From NCBI GenBank assembly GCA_964016885.1, contig OZ024761.1:14880001-14944000 (forward strand): a DNA stretch of 64,000 nucleotides, written 5' to 3'. This stretch comes from Eledone cirrhosa (taxonomy: Eukaryota). Below, in pieces: positions 14,725 through 27,074 of the stretch (positions are counted from its first letter, which is position 1; every line of letters starts with the position of its first letter). A program made the translations under genes and the position numbers. The notes beneath the pieces are model-generated. The model ran no database searches. It was given only the letters and a program-made list of their open reading frames with translations, and was not told where the DNA came from.

Positions 14725-15313
14725 CGTGTGTGTGTGTATATATATATATGTGTGTGTGTGTATATATATACATATATGTGTGTGTGTATATGTGTATATA
14801 CATGTGTGTGTGTGTGTATATATATATGTGTGTGTTGTGTGTGTGTATATATATATGTGTGTGTGTGTATATATATGTGTATATATATATGCACATATAT
14901 AAATATGTGAGTGTTTGTGTGTATATGTGTATATATATACACATATATGCATATGTGTGTTTGTGTGTGTGTATATTTACACATATGTGTGTGTGTGTAT
15001 ATGTATATATATATACATATATATACACAGTGAAGGCGTGTGGCTGAGTGGTTATAGAATTGGATTAGCAATCATGAGGTTGTGAGTTCGATTCCTGGAC
15101 CAGGCGATGCGTTATGTCCTTGAGCAAGACACTTTATTTCACGTTGCTCCTTCTACCTGGAGTTGCGACCGATAGATAGTATTAGCAATTGGAAAGACCA
15201 ACGGAAACATTGTTCCCTCGGTCCGATTCGACGAAAGTCGATCGTTCAAAAAATAAAAATATATATACACACACACATATATGTGTGTGTGTGTATATAT
15301 ATATATTTAGGCG

Positions 15314-15345
<32 letters not shown>

Positions 15346-15434
15346 CATATATGTATGTATATGAATATATAGATATACAATGGGATGCCCCAGCATGGTC
15401 TCAGCCTTTCGGCAAGGATACGTTAATAGAATAA

Positions 15435-15469
<35 letters not shown>

Positions 15470-15696
15470 GTGTGTGTGTGTATACATATGTGTGTGTGTA
15501 TGTATATGTCCACATATATGTATATATATATATATATATATATGTATACATATATATATATGTATACATATATATGTGTGTGTATGTATATGTCCACATA
15601 TATGTATATAAATATATATATATACATATATATATACATATATCTGAGTATATATATATATATATGTATACATATGTGTGTGTGTATGTATATGTC

Positions 15697-15755
<59 letters not shown>

Positions 15756-15802
15756 GAGTATATATATATATGTATACATATATGTGTGTGTATGTATATG
15801 TC

Positions 15803-15836
<34 letters not shown>

Positions 15837-15965
15837 TGTGTGTGCATGTATATGTCCACATATATGTATATATATATATATATATACATATATATATACA
15901 TATATCTGAGTATATATATATATATGTATACATATATGTGTGTGTATGTATATGTCCACATATAC
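12866..15965. repeat. (TA)n/(TG)n compound microsatellite fields
   Basis: Direct reading. Similar fields at 34830-35440, 57035-57830, 58310-58660 and 62210-62880. Confidence 0.95.
15032..15260 (+). mobile_element. tRNA-derived SINE family D (related head and core, different tail)
   Basis: tggctgagtggtta..gagttcgattcc, ccttgagcaagacacttta, and tail aattggaaagaccaacggaaacattgttccc. Other copies at ~3405-3633(-), ~42900-43160(-) and ~53600-53840(+). Confidence 0.7.
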
Positions 15966-16044
15966 TGTATTTAGATTTGAGAATTTAAAAAAAAATTGTT
16001 TCAAAATTAAATCATTTCCAGTGAATTGAACAAAATATTTATTT

Positions 16045-17830
16045 TATCTTCTCCCTCCACTTCCTCCCCCCTCTCACTCCTATCTTCCCCCATCTTTCCC
16101 TCTCTCTTCCTCTCTCTCCTATCTCTTCCTCTCCTCTATCTTTCTCCTTGTCTCTCTTTCCTATCTGTCTCATTCCTCTCCTATGTCTCCCTCCCACTCT
16201 CTCTGCCATCTCTCTCCTATCTCTCCCTCTCCTCTATCTTTCTCCTTGTCTCTCTTTCCTATCTGTCTCATTCCTCTCCTATGTCTCCCTCCCACTCTCT
16301 CTGCCATCTCTCTCCCTATTTCTCCCTCTCTCTACTTCTTCTCTCTCCCATCTCTCTCCCATCTCTCCCTCATCTCTCTCCCATCTCTCCCTCACCATCT
16401 CTTCTATCTTCCCCATTGTCTTCCTTTCCTGTCTCATCCCCCTCCTACTCTCTCTACAATCTCTCCCATTCTTCCTCTCTCTACTACCTCTCCCTCCCCA
16501 TCTCTTCTATTTCTCCCTCACCCACTCTTCTATCTTCCCAATTATCTCCCTTTCCTGTCTCATCCATCTTCTACCCCCCCCCCTCTCTACTATCTCTCCC
16601 TCAACCTCTCTTCTATCCCCCCCCCCCCTTCCTTTCCCTTTCCTTACTGTCCTACCTCTCCTACTCTCTCCCCCCTCTCTCTCTCTCTCTCTCTCCCCTA
16701 TCTCTATTTATCATAATCTGCGCCCCCCCCCCCCCTAGATTACAGGGATTATGTCTACAGTTTACTCTATACCCTTTTCTCCAAGCACAAACCTGAAATC
16801 TTTGTGGTAGGGGGAACCTAAAAACCTGCCTAATCCCTCATCTTTCTATAATCTTTAGAAGATCTGATTAAATGAGAAAAATTAAGATACTTAAGTTTTT
16901 TCTAATATCTTCATTGACGCAGTGTATTGTTGGTGTTGTTGGTGTTGTTGTTGTTGGTGGCATTGTTGTTGTTGTTGGTGTTGTTGTTGTTGGTTTTGAT
17001 GTTGTTGGCGTTGTTGTTGTTGTTGTTGGTTTTGATGTTGTTGGCGTTGTTGGCGTTGTTGATTTTTGATGTTGATATAGTTCATGATGTTGAAGGTGAT
17101 GATGATGATGATGATGATGATGTTTGTTTTGTGGCGTTGGCGGCAGTGGTGGTGGTGGTGGTGATGATATAGTTCATGATGTTGATGATGATGATGATGT
17201 TTGTTTTGTGGCGTTGGTGGCAGTGGTGGTGGTGGTGGTGATGATATAGTTCATGATGTTGATGATGATGATGATGATGTTTGTTTTGTGGCGTTGGCGG
17301 CAGTGGTGGTGGTGGTGGTGGGGCTGTTGATGTTGGTGGTGATGATATAGTTCATGATATAGTTCATGATGTTGAAGATGATGATGATGATGGTGATGGC
17401 GGTGTTGATGATGATGATGATGTTTGTTTTGTGGCGTTGGCGGCAGTGGTGGTGGTGGTGGTGGTGCTGTTGTTGATGTTGGTGGTGATGATATAGTTCA
17501 TGATGTTGAAGATGATGATGATCATGGTGATGGTGGTGTTGATGATGATGATGTTTGTTTTGTGGCGTTGGCGGCAGTGGTGGTGGTGGTGCTGTTGTTG
17601 ATGTTGGTGGTGATGATATAGTTCATGATGTTGAAGATGATGATGATGTTTGTTTTGTGGTGGCGGTGGCGTTGGTGGTACTGTTGTTGTTGATATTGTT
17701 CATGATGTTGAAGATGATGATGATGAGGAGGAGGATGATGACGTTTGTTTTGTGGTTGCGGCGGTGGTGGTGCTGTTGATGTTGGTGGTGGTGATGTATG
17801 TGACAATGATGATTATGATGATGATGTCGA
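16045..17830. repeat. CT-rich tract followed by GTT/GAT/GGT compound repeats
   Basis: Direct reading. Confidence 0.85.
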
Positions 17831-18847
17831 AGTTGTTTTTTTTTTTTTTGAGAGGCAGCAGCCGTGGTGGTGGTGTTGGTGCTGTAGTTGATATTGCTAA
17901 GTTATGCAACTTAAGAACACACAGATAGAAAACGTAAGCATAAACACACACACACACACCACACTACACACACACACCACCTTCTTCTTGCTCTTGTTCT
18001 GTGAGAGCCATTATTATGTGTAGAGCTAACACACACACACACACATATATATTGTCGACCCATGTCCTATCCATGCTAGCATGGAGGATGGTCGTTAAAC
18101 GATGATGATGATGATGATGATGACCTTTTTCCATTTCTTTAAGGGTTCTAAACCCCACTATCAATGGCTAAAATTTCTTTAGTTAAAAATCCAGCAAAAG
18201 CATCTATTTCTATTTCAAAGTCTTTGCTTTAATATTGACAATGTTCACATGAATTTGTGCACTAGTAAAGAGACTATAAACATTTGAATTAACAAACCAC
18301 ATGAAACCACATTCGCAAGACATTCTCAAAAGTACAAACAGCATTGTGATTGCTTCATATTAAGAATTAAAGTCTTTACTTTAATATTGTTTATTTTTAC
18401 AAGTTTGTCCTTCAGAAAAGATACTATACTATAAAGTTTAGAATTAACAGACCTATTTTTAGATAATTTTTACTAAATCATTACAGTATCTCATTAAGAG
18501 TTAATCATGTTGTTGTAGATTGTATTTACATAGTGCGTGATAGCTGATCATTTTGGTTGCCTGAAAAAACCCCAAGCTTTTTCAGATTACTATTTAAATA
18601 GTAAGTAACTTAATCATGCTGGCCAACTACACCAATAATTGTTGGCATAAATATAAACTTATAATCCAAGGGTGGTTTTAGTAGAGTTCTTATCATAGGG
18701 GTTAAATAAAGACAACCAGATTACAGTGTGTGGTGGTACTCCATCAAAAAGTTTCTTTGTGTCTGGTTTATAGGACAAATTCCTCCTGGTCCCTAGTGAG
18801 TGTGTATGTATGAATCTCCTCCCCTCTATCTCTCTCTATATCTCTCA

Positions 18848-19838
18848 GTAAAGTCAGGGTAGGAATGGAGTTTAGTGAGGAATTCCAGATACAAGTAGGA
18901 GTACATCAAGGTTCGGTCCTCAGCTCGCTCTTGTTCATTATAGTCCTCTAAGCCATAACAGAGGAGTTTAAGACTGGCTGTCCATCGGAACTTCTCTATG
19001 CTGACGAGCTGGTTCTTATAGCAGAATCAGTAGAGGAGCTAGAGAATAAATTCTGGCTATGGAAACAGCAGTTGGAAGCAAGAGGACTGAGAGTGAACCT
19101 AGCAGGCAAACTAACAGGTAGGGAGAAATATGTATGCAGTAGATGTACAGGGAAATTAGACAGTAGAAGTCGCATTGATAGACACATTTTTCAAATGCAG
19201 GCGGGTGCTATAGAAGTGGTGGATAGCTTCTGGTACCTAGGAGATCAGATTAGCATGGGAGGGGTTGTTCCGAGACCATAGTATCTAGAATAAGGACGGG
19301 TTGGAAGAAGTTTAGGGAGCTGCTTCCTCTGCTGACGAAGAAGGGTTTCTCCCTGCGTACGAAAGGCCAGTTATATGATGCCTGTGTGAGGAGCGCGATG
19401 TTGCATGGTAGTGAGACATGGGCAGCAACTGCAGAGGATATGCGACGGCTGGAGAGAAATGAGGCAAGCATGCTCCGTTGGATGTGCAGTGTCAATGTGC
19501 GTGAATGACCCAGCATGAATGTGTTGAGAGAGAAACTGTGTCTGAGAGGGATAGAATGTAGTGTACAGGAGAGGAGACTGAGGTGGTATGGACATGTGAT
19601 GAGCATGGAGGATGACCGATGGGTGAAGAAGTGCCAGGAAATGCCAGTTGAAGGAAGACGTGGTAGAGGTAGACCACGAAAAACATGGGCGGAGGTGGTG
19701 AGAACAGACCTCAGATCGCTGAAGCTCACGGTGGAGATGACGAAGGACCGTGACAAGTTGAGAGATGCTGTCTGAATAAAAGCCGTCCCACCCTTGCAAG
19801 CAGGGAAGAGCGGACGTAAAATGATGATAATGATGATA
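18848..19838 (+). mobile_element. RTE-clade LINE 3' fragment (degenerate reverse transcriptase)
   Basis: Translates to GVHQGSVLSSLLFII, LLYADELVL, RRLRWYGHV and GRRGRGRPRKTW with stops. Ends in (ATG)n. Confidence 0.88.
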
Positions 19839-19988
19839 TTTAGTGTAACCAAGTTGTCTCCCTTATCATTCAGGTACCGACATCTGCTGTGCAGAATCCA
19901 GTCAGCTCATAAATACTTCCTTTCTCACTATAACTAGACATGAGTTGAAAAATCCTTTGTGTGAAACTAACTCTCTCTCCCTCTCTTA

Positions 19989-20033
<45 letters not shown>

Positions 20034-20305
20034 ATCATTTAACATTCATTTTCTCCACTAGCAAATGTTGACTGGGCCTTTACTGACTGAGTCAGTGCTC
20101 AAGCAGAATTACTGATCCCTCAGATTGGCTGGGGGCCTGCATCTCACTTATGTTTGACCCTGTGCTCTATTGAGTGCATTTTATCAGCACTAGGGAGGCC
20201 ATTTTAACACAACTGAAGAGTCCTTTTGGCCCTTTATTTGTCAAACTGGTACTGTCAGAGGCCCTACCAACCACCAACCACTTTCTTTGTGTTTATTGTG
20301 CAGAT

Positions 20306-20747
20306 CAGGGGTCCCCAACCACTGAACTGTGGATCATTTGCTACCAGGCCGCAAAGAAATAATTAACTTGTTTGAAATTATATAATAGATAAATTGCTCT
20401 TTTTATTATTGTGGTGGATTGGCAGTATCGGTAGAGCGTCAGACACCATGCTTTGCAGTATAGAGTTGTGGCCCATTACGTTCTGAGTTCAAATCCTGCT
20501 GAGGTTAGCTCTGCCTTTCCTCCTTATGGGGGTCGATAAAATAAAGCACCAGTAAGCACTGGGGTTGATTTAATCGATGTTCTCCCCACCTCCCCTCCAA
20601 ATTGCTGGCCTTGTGCCTAAAGTAGAAACAATTATTGCTCCCTTTATCGAAATACACTTAAATAACAGATATGTCCAACTACCGGTCCACAGAAAGATTG
20701 TCCGACATGAAGCCGGTCCGTGGTATACAAAAGGTTGGCGACCACTG
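20306..20747. mobile_element. hAT-like MITE containing a SINE
   Basis: TIRs caggggtccccaacc/ggttggcgaccactg. Degenerate 8-bp TSD gtgcagat/gtgtagac. Confidence 0.65.
20411..20636 (+). mobile_element. SINE family A (longer variant) nested in a hAT-like MITE
   Basis: Family match with an extra ggggttgatttaatcga...ctccaa segment. Confidence 0.75.
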
Positions 20748-21859
20748 GTGTAGACCACCAATACTAGAGAGGATGTCATGTCATTGATACGGTCCTCTCA
20801 ATCCATTTTTTTTTTTTTTTTTTTGCACGGTTTCTACAGTGAGGTGCTCTTCCTATTGCCAACTACATTACAGAGTGTACAGGGTGCGTATTTGTGGTGG
20901 TACCAGCGCTAAGGGAGGTTGTTTGTTCTTATCCCTCAACTGAAGAGTCAGCTCTGCTCTTAGGAGGGCAAGGGGGGGATAAGTAGGATGATTTGCATGT
21001 ATGACAGGTATGGTGGTGGGGGTGAGGGGTGGGTGGGGGGTTTAATGGGTGGTAAGTAGTTGGAAGGTTGACCTCAAGTAGTATTAGGGGATGGAGGAGA
21101 GCCAGTGGTTTTACAGGTGTTTCTGAATGTTAGAAAGGGGGGGGGGGGAGTGTAGTGATGTTGAGAATAGCTAATAGGTGTTTGTGGTGGTGGGCATGTA
21201 TAGTGTGGTTGGTTCTGTAGGATGGTGGGGGTGGTTAAGGTGTGTGGTGGGGGATATTTGACTTTCAGTGGACATCTTGTCATCATCAGTCATGGGATGT
21301 TTTGTAAAAAACATGACATATAGTAGTAGTGGTGGTGTTGGTAGTAGTAGTGGTAGTAGTAACAGCAGCAGCAGCAGTAGTAGTAGTAGTAACAGTAGTA
21401 GTAGCAGCAGCAGTAGTAGTAGTAGTGGTGGCGGCGGTGGTGTTGGTAGTAATAGTGGTGTTAGTAGTAGTAGTAGTGGTAGTAGTAGTAGTAGTAGTAA
21501 CAGTAGTAGTAGCAGCAGCAGTAGTAGTAGTAGTGGTGGTGGTGTTGGTGGTAGTAGTGGTGTTAGTAGTAGTAGTGGTGTTGGTAGTAGTAGTGGTAGT
21601 AGTAGCAGCAGCAGTAGTAGTTGTGGGAGTGGTGTTGGTAGTAGTATTGGTAGTAGTACAGCTGCATTATCAGCAGTTTCTGAACACACACACTGACAGA
21701 CAGACAGACATGGCAGACATTCTGATGAAGCCTAGTTGTTGCTATTCCAGTCATGTTGAATTACAGTTGCGTGACTAGAGAGACATTTTAGCTGATTGGA
21801 ATTTTGGGTCTGGGTTAGATACAGTTCATTGCTGAGTCATTGCTGATGACTTTTATACA

Positions 21860-23379
21860 TGTCTAACTAGTTAGATATAGACATATAGATAGTATAGATA
21901 TATAGAAGGTCTAACTAGTTAGCTATAGATATATAGATAGTATAGATACATAGAGGGTCTAACTAGTTAGCTATAGATATATAAATGGTCTAACTAGTTA
22001 GATATAGACATGTAAATAGTATAGATATATAGAGGGTCTAACTAGTTAGCTATAGATATATAAATGGTCTAACTAGTTAGTTATAGACATATAGATAGTA
22101 TAGATACATAGAGGGTCTAACTAGTTAGCTATAGATATATAAATGGTCTAACTAGTTAGTTATAGACATATAGATAGTATAGATACATAGAGGGTCTAAC
22201 TAGTTAGCTATAGATATATAAATGGTCTAACTAGTTAGTTATAGACATATAGATAGTATAGATATATAGAGGGTCTAACTAGTTAGCTATAGATATATAA
22301 ATGGTCTAACTAGTTAGTTATAGACATATAGATAGTATAGATGCATAGAGGGTTTAACTAGTTAGCTATAGATATATAAATGGTCTAACTAGTTAGTTAT
22401 AGACATATAAATAGTATAGATATATAGAGGATCTAACTAGTTAGCTATAGATATATAAATGGTCTAACTAGTTAGTTATAGACATATAGATTGTATAAAT
22501 ATATATAAAGAGAGTCTAACTAGTTAGCTATAGATATATAAATGGTCTAACTCAGTGGTTCCCAAACTTTTTTTATCACGGAACCCCTTGACATTATTTT
22601 TAAAATAATGGAACCCTTATCTAAAATAAAACATATATTGAAAAATGAGTTTATTTTAAACAGACATACCTCTACTTAATATCTAAGTTGTACATCATTT
22701 TTTAAAATAGAATGAATGTCTAATGGGAAGAATACGTAAGTTTATTGTAAAAAGTTATAAATCTGATTATAATTCTGAGTATTACACGGTGCTCACAGTA
22801 CACCCTTAATAATGGAATACTACAACCCAACTGAACGATTTGGCTGAGAGCTCCGCAGTGTAACACTCTTTGCATGTTTATATGGGGAGTATATACCGAT
22901 CATACACGGTACAACTTCTTAGTCTTTATTTTTATAGTAAACTTCAACTTGCGCCTTACGGAACCCCTGGCCTTGCTTCACGGAACCCCTGGCCTTGCTT
23001 CACGGAACCCATGGCCTTGCTTCACGGAACCCCTGGCCTTGCTTCACGGAACCCTAGGGTGCCACAGAACCCACTTTTGGAAACCACTGATCTAACTAGT
23101 TAGCTCTAGATATATAGATGACATATATAGAGAGAGGGTCTAACTAGTTAGCTATATATATATATAGCAGGTCTAACTAGTTAGCTCTAGACATATAGAT
23201 GATATATATAGAGAGAGTTGGTCTAACTAGTTAGCTATAGATATATATATATATAGAGAGGGTCTAACTAGTTAGCCATAGATATATAGATGATATATAT
23301 ATATATAGAGAGAGAGGGTCTAACTAGTTAGCTATAGATATATAGATGGTCTAACTTGTTAGCTATAGACATATAGAGG

Positions 23380-23423
<44 letters not shown>

Positions 23424-23590
23424 TTGGTCTAACTAGTTAGCTATAGATATATAGACGATATAGATATGAAGATTGGTCTTTGTTAGCGTGGAAGATGGAC
23501 ATTAAACGATGATGATGATATAGATAGAGGGTCTAACTAGTTAGCTATAGATATATAGATGGTCTAACTAGTTAGCTATAAATGATATGG

Positions 23591-23621
<31 letters not shown>

Positions 23622-23765
23622 TGGTATAGATATATAGAGGGTCTAACTAGTTAGCTATAGATGGTATAGACATGTAGATTGGTCTAACTTGTTAACTATA
23701 GATATATAGATGGTCTAACTAGCTAACTCTAGATGGTATAGAAATATGGTCTAACTAGTTAGCTA
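21860..23765. repeat. Minisatellite with palindromic core ctaactagttag
   Basis: Dozens of ggtctaactagttagctatagatata units, interrupted by the hAT-like MITE. Confidence 0.9.
22553..23089. mobile_element. hAT-like MITE inserted in a minisatellite
   Basis: TIRs cagtggttcccaaa/tttggaaaccactg. 8-bp TSD gtctaact/atctaact. Subterminal 22-bp repeats cggaacccctggccttgcttca. Confidence 0.8.
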
Positions 23766-23794
23766 TATATGTATATGCAAAATGTAAACAACAC

Positions 23795-24078
23795 AGTGCA
23801 TGCATGCCCTCGTGTGCTGCAAGCAGCGCGTTGAGTCGGTGCTTATCCCGGTTTCATGGCGTGAAGTGACTGAGAATACAAGACTTCCCCTGGATAGGAT
23901 GCCAGTCAATTGCAGGGTTAACCCCCCCCCCCCCATATTGCTGGTACTCATTTTAAGTTAAGTATACTGGAGCAACATGGAATGAAGTGTTTTGCTCAAG
24001 AACACAACACACAACACACCTCAGCAATCGAACCCACTACATTATGATCATAAGTCCACCACCAGGCCACGCTCCTCT
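23795..24078 (-). mobile_element. tRNA-derived SINE, distinct family
   Basis: Minus strand has ggttcgatt, gtgttgtgttcttgagcaaaacacttcatt, aatgagtaccagc and gactggcatcctatccagggg. Confidence 0.6.
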
Positions 24079-24204
24079 ACTCTACATATCATCATCATCA
24101 TCATCATCATCACCGTTTTTACGTTCGTTCTTCCACGCTAGCATGGGTTAGACGGGTTGCCCTGTTGTGGGCAGTGTCCAGTCGGCTGACCTTGTCTTGC
24201 TTTT

Positions 24205-24492
24205 ACGGGAACTAATTCTGGCTTGATTTCTACAGCTGGATGCCCTTCCTAACACCAACCTCATTTACAGTGAGTGTTGGGTGCTTTTTTTGCCGTGGCA
24301 CCTCCACGACCACTTTGCAGTGGAATGATATGGACCCCAGTCCTATCATCTCATTTCTACAGCTGAGTAAACTGGAGCAATGTGAAATAAAGTGTCTTGC
24401 TCAAGGAAACAACACATCACCCGGTCCGAGAATTGAACTCGCAACCTTTCAATTGCAAGCCCAATGCTCTAACCACTAAGCCATGTGCCTTC
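24205..24492 (-). mobile_element. SINE family B (tail truncated)
   Basis: Family match. Confidence 0.75.
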
Positions 24493-24847
24493 ACATATAT
24501 GTAACTAAATATTCAGTTAACTAAGTGAGAGTTATTAAAGTCAACAAGACTTGTTTAAAATGAGATTGATGATGTTGTTTTGTTGATTCGCTGTTCGAAA
24601 TTTCAGGTTCAGTGGCAGACAGTTTTAAGCATAGATCAAGTTCTAAAAATATTAGACGGCTATTCCAGTCGATATAGAAACAGTTTTGGAGTCATGAAAG
24701 TTTATTTTTATCAGCTTTTATCATGAGTTTCAAGTAGCCATGATAAGGCTGGTAAAATAAACTTTCAAAATATCAAAATTGTTTTACACTGCAAACTCTT
24801 GAAATTTTGGACTTGGAACACACACATATATATCTAGTATTACCTAC

Positions 24848-25356
24848 CTATTTAGACAGGGCTATCTAACTAAACTAGGTGTTCACTGGTCTATTTAGAC
24901 AGAGCTAACTATCTAACTAAACTAGGTGTTCACAGGTCTATTTAGACAGGGCTAACTATCTAACTAAACTAGGTGTTCACAGGTCTATTTAGACAGGGCT
25001 AACTATCTAACTAAACTAGGTGTTCATGTGACTATTTAGACGGGGCTAACTAATGAATTTGGGTGTTCACTGGTCTATTTAGACAGGGCTAACTATCTAA
25101 CTAAACTAGGTGTTCACAGGTCTATTTAGACAGGGCTAACTATCTAACTAACCTAGGTGTTCATGTGTCTATTTAGACGGGGCTAACTAATGAATTTGGG
25201 TGTTCACTGGTCTATTTAGACAGGGCTAACTATCTAACTAAACTAGGTGTTCACAGGTCTATTTAGACAGGGCTAACTATCTAACTAACCTAGGTGTTAT
25301 ATGACTATTTAGACAGGCCTAACTAACTAAACTGGTGTTCACTGGTCTATTTAGAG
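24848..25356. repeat. ~42-bp minisatellite
   Basis: ctatttagacagggctaactatctaactaaactaggtgttca units. Confidence 0.9.
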
Positions 25357-26077
25357 AGGGTTCTGTACAACAAGAATAACAACAACACTGTCCCACAACA
25401 CAACCATGGTTGTTGTACAACGAGAACAACAACTGTAGCAGCTCTGTCCCACAGCACGACCATGGATGCTGTACAATAACAACAGCTTCTCTGTCCCACA
25501 ACACAACCATTACAAGAACAAGAAAGCTATCCCACAACACAACCATGAGTGTTGTACAACTACAGCACTGTCCCACAACAAATATTGGAAGTATATCTGA
25601 AAAACATTGTTAACCCAGCAAGGAATTGGGACGGCATCTTGCCAAATTCTTTGAGGCAATAATTCATTTGTCGACTGATTTACTCCTCTCCTGTTGTAAA
25701 CACACACACACGCGCACACACATATACACACATACATATATATATACACACACACATATATATACACACACATACACATATATACATATACACACACATA
25801 CATAAACGCACGTACACACACAAGGACACGGACACATTTATATACTAATAATAATATTAGATACATATAAATACACACACACACACATATATATATATAT
25901 ACACACACACATATACATATTTATATACACACACATACACATATATACATATACACACACATATATATATATATACACACACACATATATATATATACAC
26001 ACACATACATAAACGCACGTACACACACAAGGACACGGACACATATATACTAATAATAATATTAGACACATATAAAT

Positions 26078-26122
<45 letters not shown>

Positions 26123-26151
26123 ATTAACAAATGGAAACTATATTTATAAAA

Positions 26152-26231
26152 CCATATTTATTTCATTATACATATTTCAAGGACACCAAGTTAAATTATG
26201 GTGTGCTTTCATCAGATAAAATATAATATAG
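26152..26231 (-). ncRNA. Type I hammerhead ribozyme motif (mirror copy of 26355-26434)
   Basis: Exact reverse complement inside the 160-bp inverted repeat. Confidence 0.8.
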
Positions 26232-26354
26232 AGCAGTTTTATAAATAAATATTGACATGCCCTTAAAGAATGCGACCATTTCTGTTGGAAGCTCCCGGAT
26301 AGTGTAATGGTCGCATTCTTTAAGGGCATGTCAATATTTATTTATAAAACTGCT

Positions 26355-26434
26355 CTATATTATATTTTATCTGATGAAAGCACACCATAATTTAACTTGG
26401 TGTCCTTGAAATATGTATAATGAAATAAATATGG
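26355..26434 (+). ncRNA. Type I hammerhead ribozyme motif (complete)
   Basis: CTGATGA 26371-26377. Stem II aagcacacca/tggtgtcctt. GAAA 26408-26411. Self-complementary stem III ATATGTAT. AUA site at 26417-26419. Stem I ctatatt-a-tattttat / atgaaata-aatatgg (15 bp, one bulge). Confidence 0.8.
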
Positions 26435-26661
26435 TTTTATAAATATAGTTTCCATTTGTTAATATATCGTATTTTTACTCCAATAATTTGTTGAGTGCTT
26501 TATATCAGTTATAATAATGGTTTCTTATATAGGCACAAGGCCAGCAATTACCCAGTATATTACTGGTACTTTCTTTTATCAACCCCGTGCTTGTTGTATC
26601 CCAACAATTTAAATAGAACTTCTACATATATATATATATATATATATATGTGTGTATATAT

Positions 26662-26880
26662 GTCAACTCTGGATGTCGGTGAGCATGTCCAGCTAACTCA
26701 GTGCTCCTGTGGGAGCCCCTACATGGACACACTGGAAGAGGAAGACCAAGGTTAACGTATGTTGATGCCCTAAGGACAGACACTGGTCTGTTGGAGACGC
26801 AGGACATGGCAGCGATAATGAGGGACAGAGACCGCTGGAGATAACTCGTCCATGGATCTCAGGAATTTTACCCGTCCTAG
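26662..26880 (+). mobile_element. RTE-like LINE 3' fragment
   Basis: VLLWEPLHGHTGRGRPRLTYVDALRTDTGL. Confidence 0.65.
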
Positions 26881-27074
26881 AATATATACACACACAGTCC
26901 TATACAAGTGAGACGACCAATCTTGCCTCAAGTGGGACAATTCCCGTCTATCCCATGCTAGCATAGAAGATAGACATTAAACGATGATGATGATGAGGAT
27001 GATGGTGATGATACACACACACACACACACATACATATGCACACCTACACATTCATACAGACACACACTCATGT

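Larger units (their letters stand above)
26121..26465. mobile_element. Fold-back of two hammerhead-bearing terminal repeats (Penelope-like pLTR candidate)
   Basis: Perfect 160-bp arms (26121-26280 and 26306-26465), 25-nt spacer, (TA)n on the left. Confidence 0.75.

Noticed and set aside
21010-21250. G-quadruplex-prone G-rich tract (also ~42300-42390)
   Set aside because: Irregular low-complexity sequence with nothing indicating function.
24663-24820. Diverged palindrome
   Set aside because: No hammerhead motif. Most likely an old fold-back MITE.
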